Positions 23,731 to 38,026 of a DNA stretch of 64,000 nucleotides are shown here, piece by piece. Position numbers and translations under genes: made by a program. The notes under the pieces were generated by a model. It was given only the letters and a program-made list of their open reading frames with translations, did no database searches and was not told where the DNA came from. The stretch is from Eledone cirrhosa. Taxonomy: Eukaryota. The stretch is taken from positions 17,112,001-17,176,000 of the forward strand of contig OZ024755.1 in the NCBI GenBank assembly GCA_964016885.1, read 5' to 3'. How positions within the stretch are numbered: the stretch's first letter is position 1; each line of letters starts with the position of its first letter.

Positions 23731-26440
23731 GTGAGTAGTTTAAAATATATATATATTTTTTTTCTTTTCTCTTTTTGTTTTTAATGATTGTTTTTTTTTG
23801 TTTTTTTTAGCCTTTCTCATTGTTGTTGGCATGGCTGTGTGGTAAAGAGGTTTGCTCTGCAATCATATGATTTTAGGTTTGATCCCACTGTGTAGCACCT
23901 TAGCCAAGTGGACAAGTGTCTTCTATTAGTCTCAGGCTGACCAGTGCCTTCTGAGTGAAATTAATAGATGGAAACTGTCGGAAGCCAATAATGTGTGTGT
24001 GTGTGTGTACATATATGTATGTGTATGTATATTTGTTTGCTAGCTTGTGTATATATCTGTGTGTGTTGTGTATGCATGTTTTTTATATAAAAAAATATAT
24101 ATGTGTGTGTGTGTGTGTTTTTGTTTTACACTTACAACTTGTTTTTAATGGTGATGTTTGTTTTTGTCCAAAAAATAATCCAAACAAAATAATAATATAT
24201 TTATTCAAATTATAATTCACCTCAATAAACATGTAATTTCACATGGAAACAAATAATATTTATGCATTCACAATCAACAAAAAAAATGAATCAGAGAATC
24301 AGAAACAAAACAAAAATGGTAAGACTGTCAATTACTCACTACAATAGAGAATGGTGTACCAATTCTAGAAATTAGGATACACACTACAAAATAATGTCTA
24401 TAATCATTCCCATTTTTTCACAAACTTTTTTGATACCAAACTGCCTGAAACCACTCCTTGTTCTATAATACAAAGTTGTTTATATAAAGAATGGAGTGCT
24501 CATGCACATACATGCTATAAAATTACCTATAAAATAGGGCGAAGCCCTTTAAAGATGGAAAAAGAAGTTGCCTTCGGCCTGTCTTTAAAGGTCTTCACCA
24601 TATTTTATAATCTATTTCATAGCATCTCCTTGCATGAGCATTCCATTCTTTATATTAACTTTATTCCCTCAGCGTTTCATAAAAGTCCGATGTATCAGCT
24701 TTGTATACACAAAGTTGTTTATTTTAAGATGTTTATATTTATCTAAAACCTTCCATCATAATTTCATACAAGAATCTTTAACCTTTTGCTTACTATATTT
24801 CTAATGAAAGATGCTGTCTATGATTTTTATATAATTTCGGAAAATAACCAAAACTTTTGAGAGATTTAGTAATATAACTTTCTCATTATTAAGTTGTTGC
24901 TTGGAACGTTACTTAAGGTTCCTTACATAAAATTATAATGGTAGGTTTTTAGATAAATATAAACACTTAAAAACAAGCAGCTGAATATCACAGAACCACA
25001 GTAGTTTCATGTGGTTTACTATCAAAAGGATTAAGTTATATTCCCAAGATTAGATAGTTAATGAGTTAAAGTTTATATAACAAAACTGTGAAAACCTCTT
25101 GATTATTTTCAATATTATTTGAAAATTATAAGCAGTTGTTTTTATTAGAAATATAGTAACAAAATGGTTAAAAGGATTTTGTTTACACTATTTAACAAAA
25201 TTTTACTTGAAATAATGTAATAAAATAAATTAGTGTTTCAGATGTTGTACTTCAAATGCTGTTAGTTAGAGAAAATCTTTTGTTGATTTTAAACAAATGC
25301 ACAATCAGTAATTGGCAAGGAAATGCTTTAAATAATGAATTGAAATGTACTTTAAAAGTACAGCTATGAACATTATGAAAATGTAAATCCCTACTGGGAA
25401 ACTTAATGGTTAGATAACATTAATAGTTATGTCAAGAAAATGTGATAGAAACTTGGCAAATTTTCAGAAAAATTTCATTTTCAATCAGAAATTGAAAGCT
25501 GTTACTGGGAGTTGTTTTAGCACCATCATTCTGATCTGATATTCTTATCTTCCATATTATCTCAGCCGTTGAACAACATGACCTTCATTCTACTTACACC
25601 CTTTTAAATAAGAAAACGTGACAGAAAATATTTACTTCAGCAATATTTTATGTCCAACACTATCATGCTAATGGTGAGATACTGATGAAAACGTACTGGT
25701 GGCAGTGGTGGTGATGTGTTAAGTTAGTTAGCTCTATAATGAAGCTTTGACAATTTACAATTTCATCAATGAAACTTCATTATAGCTAATGAATCAGTGT
25801 ATACTTTGAATGTTAGTATATAAAGGCACACATGCACACATACACACACTCTCATTTGTGTACATCTTTACATCGTATCGTCAAGATATATACAAAATAA
25901 AATTCTCTCTATTTGGTTTAAGGCTATATTTCTCTCCGTTTTATATTAATAAGTTTTATGTCACCTGAGGCTATGGTAAAAAAAAATTGCCTAAGATGCC
26001 TCACAAGAAGATCATCATCATCATTGTTTAACATCCACTTTCCCCACTAGCAAAGGCTGGATGGATCTACATAGACCAAGTCAATACTGAAGCGGGGCTA
26101 CTGACCTCCCAGACAAGCTGTGGGGTCTGCATCTCACTTACATACTGTCATACATCTATCAAGTGCAGATGAGAAGTTGTTGTGTCTTTTGACACAAACT
26201 GAAGGGTCCTCCCAACCCCTTAGGTCCAAATACAGACACTTGTCATTGTAAATGAACTTGGTATCCATTTAGCCCGGATTATGAGTGAAAGTAGATAGAA
26301 GCTCTGGAAGCCCATCAAATTGAATATACCTGTAATTCCAACGACCAGCCTTGTCACTCTGTACCACACTGAATCTCCCTGAGAATTACATTAAGGGCAC
26401 ACATGTCTGTTGAATACTCACCCACTTAGGTTATATTTCA

Positions 26441-26663
26441 ATTAATGATTTCTACTATAGGCACAAGGCCAATAATTCTGGGGAAGGGGAAAGTCGATTA
26501 AATCAACCCCAGTGCATTACTGGTGCTTTATTTTATAGACCCCCGTAAGGATGAAAGGCAAAGCTAACCTTGGTGGAATTTGAACTCAGATCATAAAGAG
26601 GTGTAACTCTATGCTGCAAAACATGGTGTCTGACACTCTACTGATACTGCCAATCCACCGCCC
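26441..26663 (-). mobile_element. Meta-type SINE with apparent TSD (ttatatttcaattaat)
   Basis: Full-length copy; ttatatttcaattaat on both flanks. Confidence 0.8.
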
Positions 26664-27013
26664 TATTATATTTCAATTAATAAAAGGTTCATTTGATTGA
26701 ATAATTAGAATATTTTATTGCTGAAACTGACAGAGATTCATCCTTAACAAAACTCTATAAAACATTTTTTTTCAGCTTAGAGTTTATATTCTTGATGAAA
26801 ACTCCCTTTGTTGTAGACCCAACGATGTTTTTCATTAATTATTTTTCATATCCTGAATATCTGGCTTTGTTACCCCAAACTGGTCGGCCTCAGATCAATA
26901 CATCAAGTTATATTCATTTATCTTTTATTTGCTGATTTTTATTTTTATTATTATGATTTACATAAAACTATATTTTTCTCTAATCAACAAATTTACTGTT
27001 TGTATCATTACAG

Positions 27014-27337
27014 GAGTTAACTACTGCAAGCTCTCAATTTGAGTCAATGTTTGAGGAATGTGATAAACTAGCTAATACTGTTTTGCAAACAACTGCAGAT
27101 AGTGGTCACACAACAGTGAAAAAACAGTTGGATATATTACGTGTTGATTGGGAAGACTTTAAGTCTAAACTGGATAATAGCCGAAGTCATATTGATGAGG
27201 CAATGTCACATTGGGAAATGTATGACCAACATTATGATGAACTTCGCGTTTGGTTGAAAAATGCGGAAAACAAAACTACTGACTTCACCCCCAAATCTAC
27301 ACTTACTGACAAAGAGGAACAGTTGAATGCCTACAAG
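27014..27337 (+). CDS. SYNE1: Nesprin-like spectrin-repeat exon 12
   Basis: ttacag|GAGTTA...TACAAG|gtaata; 324 nt; ...LRVDWEDFK...SHWEMYDQHYDELRVWL...STLTDKEEQLNAYK. Confidence 0.92.
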
Positions 27338-27831
27338 GTAATATTTGTTATATATATATTTTTTTTTTATTGTAATTTGAAGAAAAAATGTTATTGTTTA
27401 CCACTTAAATTTTCTAAAAACTATTGTGAATTTCTTTCCCTTTAATTGTGTCTCTCTTTTGAAGTTATAAAACTGAAATAAATAATAAAAGGTAATTTTG
27501 GTTTCAGCTTTCCAGATTATCGGTTGCTAGTTTTTTTTTTGTTTTTTTAAAATTATATTCTGACTCCTATTATATGTTCAAACAGTTTGTATCAAATGCT
27601 TGTAAATCAGGAGTGAGAAACCCTTTGCCTACAAGTAAAGTTTCACCCATATTAAAATTTGAAGCTGCCCATTAATGAAGACTCTAAAAACCTTTATGAA
27701 AAGGTTGGCTTAAGCCTCACATCAAAAACAGTAATTTGATATGTTGTGTAACTATGTAATTGTAAAATCAACCCTATTGATATCAACCTACTCTAAGCTG
27801 CTTCTGGTTCTATGAAACAAAAACACCAATT

Positions 27832-28060
27832 TTAACCCTTTAGCATTTAAACCGGCCATATCCAGCCAGAATTCTCTCACCTCTTTCTGTTCAAACCGGC
27901 TGTAACCAGCCGCTCATACTGATGTTAAGGTATTGTCCTTAAAATAAATAATATCAAAATCTCATTGATTCAATATTATGTGAGATAATTATGTGAGGTA
28001 AAACCTTTACCACAAAAATATAATAGTCAATATAGAGTAATGTATATGCTAAAGGGTTAA
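27832..28060. mobile_element. piggyBac-like MITE (TTAA TSD), opposite orientation
   Basis: TTAA-CCCTTTAGCAT...ATGCTAAAGGG-TTAA. Confidence 0.85.
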
Positions 28061-28529
28061 ACAGTTCTTATATGAATTAAAAATCTTTCAACATAATTTG
28101 ATATAAGAACCTTTTGTTAAGTTATGTTACAAATACCATCTTAATAAAATAATAAAATAATTTTTAATTTTAGTAAATATCTCCAAATTATTCATTAATT
28201 AATTATATTTCATTAGAAATATGTTAACGAATGAGTTAAAGATTATTTTTTCACCATATATACACTCCTGCAGGTTCTTATACTCTTGAAATCTGCTCCT
28301 GATATCAAAAAGATCTCTTATCCTTAAATTAGATTATGATTTGTTACTAGTTAAATATTTTATTTCATCTTATTTACTTTCATTCAAATTCCATTAGATT
28401 GAATTTTCTTATAAAGTTATTTTTTTATCTATCTTATCTTTGTGTTCTAACTGTTTAATCTATATTGTTTCCACCATGCTGGTAAATTATCCTAGATATT
28501 CGGACAAGATTGAATACAATTATTTTTGT

Positions 28530-28579
28530 ATGTATATATGTATGTATGCATGTATCTATATATATGTGTTTGTGAGTAG

Positions 28580-28657
<78 letters not shown>

Positions 28658-28795
28658 TACATACATACACATATATGTATATATATATACATGTGTATAT
28701 ATGTGTATATATATATGTGTGTGTGTGTGTATATATATATATGTATATAAATGTGTAGATATTTATTTATATATATACACACACACATATATATG

Positions 28796-28851
<56 letters not shown>

Positions 28852-28891
28852 TACACACACACACATATATGTATGTATATATATATGTGTA

Positions 28892-28924
<33 letters not shown>

Positions 28925-28935
28925 TATATTATATT
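28530..28935. repeat. (TA)n/(TG)n/(CA)n microsatellite
   Basis: Direct inspection. Confidence 0.95.
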
Positions 28936-29947
28936 GTTCGGTATATTGAAAGGAAAAATGATTTGCTTGAAAATGTTCTCTTTTAGAATTCATATCATCA
29001 CACTCATGTACACTTGAGATTTACCCATGAACAATGAATGTCAAAACAAACGTATCGTATCGTGCATCATATATTCAACACCTGTCTGTATTAATGATGG
29101 AAATTATTTGCTTAGATTTGATACTGTAAATATCTATTTGTCTGGGGGAAAAAACCCATTACAACTATAAAAGCTAGTAAAACTTATATGAATTTTACAA
29201 TAGAGGAACACAGCAATCAATAGCACTGACCAATGGAAAGGATTCTAAGGAGATTATTTGATGTGTCAAATCTCTATTGTATCTAACTCCTATTTCTGCC
29301 TTAAAAGAAAGTGGAGCACATTGGATAATATAGTCTTAGATATATATATCATGTCTGAAAAAGAGACTGGTCTCGGCTGCAATGCTTTGGGCTAAAGGTC
29401 TGCAAAACCAGGGCTGACCTAGGGCTAAAAATAGACAACAAAAATACATCTAAGCAATTACTCACGTTGCTAGAATGAGAAGCAAAATCCCCCAATCAAA
29501 TCCCATTTCTAGCATCTTAAAATGGAACACACAAGACACGAGTTGATTGAAAGGTTCATAGGTTGACCAAGATACTCTCATGAAATGACAGAATGAGGTT
29601 TATTTTTCAACATAGTCCCTAGAAAGAAACAATGCAGTTATTAACAAGAAGAGTTAATATTAATGCATACAAAATTTCACAGCTCTAGCATCACTCTTTC
29701 ATAGTCAGCCATTGAACTTTTCAACTGACTCTTGTATCTCATGATAGTAAAGGTTGCCCATGCCTTTTCATTATCATCACTAATGCTACCAACACTACTA
29801 TTCCGACTGCCATAGTCACAATCATCATCATCATCATCATCATCATCATGGATTCCCATTGCTACTATTACTACTATTGTTGCAATAGTATTATTTTGAT
29901 ATTTCTATAGCTTAAACTTTTTATCTAGGTACGTTTGGCAAATCTCC

Positions 29948-30261
29948 ATGTATGTGTGTGTGTGTGTATATATATATATGTGTGCACATGTGTATACGTG
30001 TATATGTGTGTGTGTATACGTGTATATGTGTGTGTGTATAAGTTATATATATATATGTGTATATATATATATGTATATATATGTGTGTATATATATATGT
30101 ATATGTATATATATATATGTGTATATATATGTATATATATGTGTGTGTATATATATCTGTATATATATGTATATGTATATATATATGTGTGTGTATATAT
30201 ATATGTGTGTGTGTATATATATCTATATATATATATATGTATATGTGTATATGTATATATG

Positions 30262-30292
<31 letters not shown>

Positions 30293-30445
30293 TTATATAT
30301 CTATATATATAATATATGTGTATATGTATATATGTATATATATATATGTGTGTGTGTATATATATCTCTATATATAATATATATATATGTATGTATATGT
30401 GTATATATATGTATGTATATATATACATGTGTGTGTGTATATATA

Positions 30446-30503
<58 letters not shown>

Positions 30504-30527
30504 TATATATATATATATACACACACA

Positions 30528-30565
<38 letters not shown>

Positions 30566-30598
30566 CACAGACACACATGCACACCTATATATATATAT
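29948..30598. repeat. (TA)n/(TG)n microsatellite
   Basis: Direct inspection. Confidence 0.95.
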
Positions 30599-31226
30599 TG
30601 GCCTGGTATAAAACAAGATAGACTGTAGAAATAGAGAGACATCTAGACAACATTACATCAGGACAATATATTTTTAACTCTTAATAACTTCATAAGCGAC
30701 TCAAATAAAAAGGCTGTGTGAAATATATGGAAACAATGGTTTGTCAGTAGAATGTTATTATTTCTAAAATTGGTTATAGCAAACCTGATATATTGACTGT
30801 GTGTGGTGGAGGGGGTACCATATTAATATGGAATTGTTTACCCCCCATCCCCTGCTCTTCCCAACAAAAGAATGATGATGAGAGTTTAGTTGTATAATGA
30901 TAATATGCACCCAGTACACTCTGAAACCAGTAAAAGTATATATTAATATCATCATCATCATTGTTCAACGTCCATCTTCCATGCTAGCATGGGTTAGATG
31001 ATTTTGATCCATTTGATGCAGGATTGGTCGGGACACTATGCCTCGCTCGTACGGAAGTGTTTCTGGCAGGTTTTCTCTGACTGGATGCCCTTCCTAACAC
31101 CAGCCACATTTACAGTGGTTATATATTGCAAGCAAGACAACGACTCTTGCCTCAAGTGGGAAAACCCCCGTCCAAACCCATGCAAGCGTGGAACACGGAC
31201 GCTAAACCTGATGATGATGATGATGA

Positions 31227-31261
<35 letters not shown>

Positions 31262-32439
31262 AAATTTAGTACAGCATCATCGAAGCTCTGGTTGCAGCCA
31301 AGCTAACGAATGTAGTCGGGGTGTGCAGCTAAGCACTCAATAAGGAATTTTACCTTAGAGTTATAATATTACGTTTAGACAGCTTTGGTTTCAAAAGGGT
31401 TAAGCTGGTGTAAAACAACTTAAAGGTTCTTGCAAAAAATTATGGTGGAAGGTATTTAAGTTAATACTCTTTTACTCTTTTACCTGTTTCAGCCATCCGG
31501 CTGAGGCCATGTTGGGGCACCGCATGTGAGCATCTACATATATACACATATAATATAAACAATTTTAAATAAAGTTTTGTATAATAAAATCAGGAGCTGT
31601 TTCATGCTGTTTAACACTGAAAGGGTTAAGCTGGTGTTTGAAACAACTTAAAGATTGTTACTTAAACTTATGATATAAGGTAAATAGAAACACTTTAAAA
31701 TAAACAGCTTAATATTGTAAAACCAATGGCGGTTTCAAACAGTTTGGTATTGAAAAGGTTAAGCTAGTGTTTGAAACATAACTTAACAAAGGTTCATAGA
31801 TAAAATTATGATGTGAGGTTTTAAGTAAATAGAAACACGTTAAAATATACAGCTTGATATTGTAAAACCAGGGGTGGTCTTAAGCATTTTATTATTGAAA
31901 GGGTTAAGAAGATAAAGACACTTAGCTGGGGAAGGTCTGTTAATGCTAACTAGGAATGGCAGTGTTTGTGATGTTAATGGTGGTGCCGGTGATGGTGGCA
32001 GCAGTGGTGTGTGTAGGAAAGAAGGTGATAACTGCCTATATATATATATATATGTACAAAGCTGATTTTAAAACTTTATTTCAGGTATTTAAAACCCCTC
32101 ACCTTGTTTTTAGTTATTTATTTTGTGTGGTTATTTCATAATTCTTTTATGTTTTTTTTTTGTGTTTTTTGTTATATTATTTTGTGTGTTTTGTTTTTTT
32201 ATTTGCTGTATTCTTGAGCATGCTTAATGAAAATATCTATTACAAACTCACATACTCCACTTCATTTGAACATACAGATACATTGCATAAACTTAGACAC
32301 ACATACACATGCATACTGCAATTCATTGGAGCATATAGATACACATACATCACTGCACTTGGACACATACTCACATATGCACACAAACAGATAAAAATAC
32401 TATTCCATTGGAACATAAGCATATATATATCAAGATCAC

Positions 32440-33638
32440 GGTATGTGAGCATCTACATATATACACATATATACATCACTACACTGGAGCATATATATAT
32501 ACATATATACATCACTCCACTGGAGCATATATATATACATATATACATCACTCCACTGGAGCATATATACACACAGATATACATATATACACATATATAC
32601 ATCACTACACTGGAGCATATATATATATATATATATACACATATATACATAACTACACTGGAGCATATATATATATATACATATATACACATCACTACAC
32701 TAGAGCATATATATATACGTATATACACATATATACATCACTACACTGGAGCATATATATATACATATATACATCACTCCACTGGAGCATATATACACAC
32801 AGATATACATATATATACATATATACATCACTACACTGGAGCATATATATATATATATACATATATACACATATATACATCACTACACTAGAGCATATAT
32901 ATATATATATATATACATCACTCCACTGGAGCATATATACACACAGATATACATATATATACATATATACATCACTACACTGGAGCATATATATATATAT
33001 ATACATATATACACATATATACATCACTACACTAGAGCATATATATATATACGTATATACACATATATACATCACTACACTGGAGCATATATATATATAT
33101 ATATATATAGATAGATATACACATATATACATCACTACACTGGAGCATATACACACATACAGATATACACATATATACATCACTACACTGGAGCGTATAT
33201 ATATATACATATATACACCACTACACTGGAGCATATACACACATACAGATTTACACATATATACATCACTACACTGAAGCATATATATATACATATATAC
33301 ACATATATACATCACTACACTGGAGCATACATATATACACATATATACATCACTACACTGGAGCATATATACACACATATATACATCACTACACTGGAGA
33401 ATATATACACATACACAGATATACTCATATATACACACATACAGATATACACATAAATATACACATACAGATAAACACATATATACATCACTACACTGGA
33501 GCATATATATACACAGATATACACAGATATACACCTATATACACCACTACACTGGAGAATATATACACACACACACACAGATATACTCATATATACACAC
33601 ATACAGATATACACATATATACATATATACATATATAC
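32440..33638 (+). repeat. Minisatellite: CATCACTACACTGGAGCA core with variable (TA/CA)n spacers
   Basis: More than 20 cores; one more at 34407 after the LINE insertion. Confidence 0.9.
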
Positions 33639-34406
33639 AAAGGCTTCTCCCTCAGAATGAAAGGCAGACTGTATGATGCGTGTATCCGAACAGCGATGTT
33701 GCATGGTAGTGAGACCTGGGCGCTGAAGGTGGAAGACTTACGTAGATTAGAGAGAAACGAAGCCTGCATGCTCCGATGGATGTGTAACAGTAATATACGT
33801 GAACGACAAAGCATAAATGAATTGAGAGAGAGACTGAGCATAAGAGGAATCAAATGCTGCGTGCAGGAGAGGCGGTTACGCTGGTATGGACATGTGATGC
33901 GTATGAAGGATGACAGCTGCATAAAAAGGTGCAGAGCACTAGAAGTTGATGGAAACCGCGGAGTGGGGAGACCCAAGATGACTTGGGATGAGGTGATATA
34001 AGCCGACCTTACCCAACTACACCTCTCAAAGTCAATGACACACGACCGTGACTTCTGGCGTCACGCAGTAATACAGGGTACCCGACCTCCCATGGGTACA
34101 TGCTGAAGCATATAAACAATATGCCCCCCCCCCCCCACCGCAAGGTGGTCGTGGAGGTGCCACGGCAAAAAAGCACCCAGCCCACACTGTAAAGTGGACG
34201 TGTAGGCGCCACGAAAAAGCACCCAGCACTCACTGTAAATGAGGTTGGTGTTAGGAAGGGCATCCAGCTGTAGAAATCAAGCCAGATCAGTTCCTGTATG
34301 AGCAAGGCATGGTCAGCCGACCAGACACTGCCCACAACAGGACAACCCGTCTAACCCATGCTAGCGTGGAAGAACGGACGTAAAACGGTGATGATGATGA
34401 TGATGA
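33639..34406 (+). mobile_element. 5'-truncated RTE-type LINE 3' end (RT C-terminal region, 3' UTR, (TGA)n tail)
   Basis: KGRLYDACIRTAMLHGSETW...RRLRWYGHVMRM...GRPKMTW; frame continues past an in-frame TAA (DRDFWRHAV); ends ggacgtaaaacggtgatgatga. Confidence 0.88.
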
Positions 34407-34461
34407 CATCACTACACTGAAGCATATATATACACACACACACAGATATACACCTATATAC

Positions 34462-35167
34462 CACACAGTACCTCTATAAACCTATATACAGTACTGGTGT
34501 ATATATACCACACATCACCTCTATAAACCTATATACAGTACTGGTGTATATATACCACACATCACCACACAGTACCTCTATAAACCTATATATACAGTAC
34601 TGGTGTATATACCACACATCACCACACAGTACCTCTATAAACCTATATACAGTACAGGTGTATATATACCACACATCACCACACCGTACCTCTATAAACC
34701 TATATACAGTACTGGTGTATATATACCACACATCACCACACCGTACCTCTATAAACCTATATACAGTACTGGTGTATATACCACACATCATATCCACACA
34801 TCACATCCACACATCTACACACCTACACACAATACTGGTGTATATGCCACACATCACCACACCGTACCTCTATAAACCTATATACAGTACTGGTGTATAT
34901 ACCACACATCACATCCACACATCTACACACCTACACACAGTACTGGTGTATATACCACACATCACCACACCGTCCCTCTATAAACCTATATATACAGTAC
35001 TGGTGTATATACCACACATCACATCTACACACCTACACACAATACTGGTGTATATGCCACACATCACCACACCGTACCTCTATAAACCTATATACAGTAC
35101 TGGTGTATATACCACACATCACCACACCGTCCCTCTATAAACCTATATATACAGTACTGGTGTATAT
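34462..35167 (+). repeat. Minisatellite of about 57 bp
   Basis: gtacctctataaacctatatacagtactggtgtatataccacacatcaccaca repeats. Confidence 0.9.
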
Positions 35168-35343
35168 AATTAAATGTTCTATTCCAAACTGCCATTATCT
35201 GTGATTCTCTCCCTATTCTTTCTCTTGAAACTAATTCAACAAACTCTTCAATATTCTTCACTTCAGCCTAATTACACCATATTATGCACATACACTTTCT
35301 GGTGCACATACACACACATATTACATACATGCACACACACATA

Positions 35344-35380
<37 letters not shown>

Positions 35381-36109
35381 TTTGTGGTGCACACACACAT
35401 ATATTACACACACGCACACATATACACATATATTTATATATATATATTTATATATATATATATTTACTGTCATTTCTATAATACGAAGAGGGTGTTTAAC
35501 TCCAACACGCTCCAGTATTTTAATCCTTACATATATATACATGCACTTTGTGGTGTGCTACACAGACACACACACACACACATACATACATACATATGCA
35601 CACACATACATGCATTTGTGGGTGTATATATATACACACACATGCACACACACACACATATACATATACATATAGACACATGAATTAGTTGGTGCAGTTT
35701 TAGACACACAAACACACACACATGCACATACACACACCTGCCTATATATACAATTATGAATATGTAGTAGCTAGTTCATTTATAGACACACACACACATT
35801 TACACACATACATACACACACATACATACGCACACTCACCCACATTCACATACATAGACACATGCACACCCACACCTATACATATCAATTATATTTTCTT
35901 GTTCATTTTGTTATTAATAATTTCAATAGAACTATTTATATATCAGCATTTGTGTGTGTGTATCAATGTATGTGTGTGTGTGTATGTATATATGTGTATG
36001 CGTGTATGTGTAAACATAGGAGTGTGTGTAAAAGTGTGTATGTGAGTACATAGGAGTGTGTATAAATGTGTGGATGTGTGTACATAGGGGTTAGGTATAT
36101 ACATACTTG

Positions 36110-36497
36110 TGGAGGCACATGGCTTAGTGGTTAGAGCATTGGGCTTGCAATCGAAAGGTTGTGAGTTCAATTCTCAGAACGGGTGATGTGTTGTTTCCTT
36201 GAGCAAGACACTTTATTTCACATTGCTCCAGTTTACTCAGCTGTAGAAATGAGATGATAGGGACTGGGGTCCATATCATTCCACTGCAAAGTGGTTGTGG
36301 GAGGTGCCACGGTAAAAAAAGCACCCAGCTCACACTGTAAAGTGGACGTGTAGGCACCATGGAAAAAAAGCACCCAGTACTCACTGTAAATGAGGTTGGT
36401 GTTAGGAAGGGCATCCAGCTGTAGAAATCAAGCCAGAATCAGTTCCCGTCCCACCCTTGCAAGCAGGGAAAAAGCGGACGTAAAATGATGATGATGA
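36110..36497 (+). mobile_element. Second tRNA-derived SINE family with LINE-shared 3' end
   Basis: A-box tggcttagtgg, B-box gagttcaattc, ccttgagcaagacacttt domain, 3' part matching 34140-34290, (TGA)n tail. Related heads at about 12440, 23825, 55420. Confidence 0.78.
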
Positions 36498-36755
36498 TAA
36501 TGTATGTGTGTGTGAATACATATGTCTCTGAATATATGTATTTACATATTTTTTTGACTCATATGACTCATATGTAAATGAATGTATGTATGTGTGTACA
36601 TAGGTGTGTATGTGAATGTATATATGTATGTATATATATAGAAGTATATATGTGAATGTAAGTGCATGTGGATACACAGATGTGTGTGAATATATGTATG
36701 AACGTATGCATATATAAATGTATGCATAAACATAGGTGCGTGTGCATGTGTCTGA

Positions 36756-36821
<66 letters not shown>

Positions 36822-36833
36822 TCAAAATACACG

Positions 36834-36900
36834 TTTTATTATATATATTTCGAAGGTACTGTGCTGTTTTTTCAGTACGTCCTCATCAGATAAAATACAT
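36834..36900 (-). ncRNA. Type I hammerhead ribozyme-like motif (inverted twin)
   Basis: TTTTAT-CTGATGA-GGACGTACTG..CAGTACCTTC-GAAA-TATATA-TA-ATAAAA. Confidence 0.72.
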
Positions 36901-36980
36901 AAATTGATGTATGACATACCTCAACTGTGCTGATGGTTCAATTCCAGTTTTGGCAGTTGAGGTATGTCATACATCAATTT

Positions 36981-37053
36981 ATGTATTTTATCTGATGAGG
37001 ACGTACTGAAAAAAACAGCACAGTACCTCCGAAATATATATAATAAAATATAT
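36981..37053 (+). ncRNA. Type I hammerhead ribozyme-like motif (intact core)
   Basis: ATGTATTTTAT-CTGATGA-GGACGTACTG..CAGTACCTCC-GAAA-TATATA-TA-ATAAAATATAT; 11 bp stem I with one G-U, G-C closing stem II. Confidence 0.78.
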
Positions 37054-37367
37054 TTTGATTACGCTGAATGTCTACATTTATTAATATTTTGAATTAATAT
37101 TAATAACTCCAGAAAATGTTCACTGTTGAGTGCTTCTAATCTATTGTAAAACTATATTCATTGATTAATCAATGAATATCGTTTAACTTTTGGTTATATA
37201 TATATATATGTGTGTGTGTGTGTACATAAGAGTGTATATGTGAATACAGGAGTGTGTAATTATAGGTAAGTGTGTGTATGAATATATGTAAGTAAAGTAT
37301 GTGTATACATAGGTGTACAGTGTGTATAAAACACATTTATTTAACACTGAAGCCATTTTCTATATAG

Positions 37368-37457
37368 GACATGCTGGCTGCAATCCGTGAGGAAAACAGA
37401 CACTTTGAAGAGCTCCACAGCATTGTAAGACTATCACTTCTTGCAGCTAAATTCTAA
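37368..37457 (+). CDS. Candidate alternative exon (57 nt cassette ending 37424, or terminal exon to stop at 37457)
   Basis: tttctatatag|GAC ATG CTG...AGC ATT|gtaaga; phase 0, DMLAAIREENRHFEELHSI; read-through adds VRLSLLAAKF*; coding-like island inside the 23 kb intron. Confidence 0.5.
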   Translation, partial: DMLAAIREENRHFEELHSIVRLSLLAAKF

Positions 37458-37661
37458 GTTCTTAGATAAAGCTGATGGCATTATATATATATATATATTC
37501 TCTGACATTTCAAGGAACTAGAAACTACTTCTATTTGCATCACAATACTTATCTTTTTAATTGCCTGGTATCTTTTATCTTTAATAAGCTTCTTTTGCTT
37601 GCATTAAAATGATATATCTGAATGATAATTAGTGTCATTTGTAATTCACATGTGATATTAA

Positions 37662-37830
37662 ATATAAGTATATATATGTATACTTATATATATATATAAG
37701 TATATATATGTATACTTATATATATATATAAGTATATATATGTATACTTATATATATATATAAGTATATATATGTATATATATATATATACTTATATATA
37801 TATATAAGTATATATATGTATATATATAAG

Positions 37831-37862
<32 letters not shown>

Positions 37863-37879
37863 TATATATATATATATAA

Positions 37880-37952
<73 letters not shown>

Positions 37953-37995
37953 AGTATATATATATATATACATATATATATACATATATATATAA

Positions 37996-38026
<31 letters not shown>

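Larger units (their letters stand above)
36819..37061. mobile_element. Fold-back element with two hammerhead motifs
   Basis: About 95-110 bp arms around a 20 nt loop; (TA)n at left; related to the 563-884 family. Confidence 0.78.

Noticed and set aside
32440-33638. CRISPR-like repeat-spacer pattern
   Set aside because: Eukaryotic intron, spacers are microsatellite rather than unique sequence, no cas genes.
36110-36185. tRNA gene (also 12440, 17488, 53784)
   Set aside because: A/B boxes run into SINE body and tail; no complete cloverleaf or terminator.
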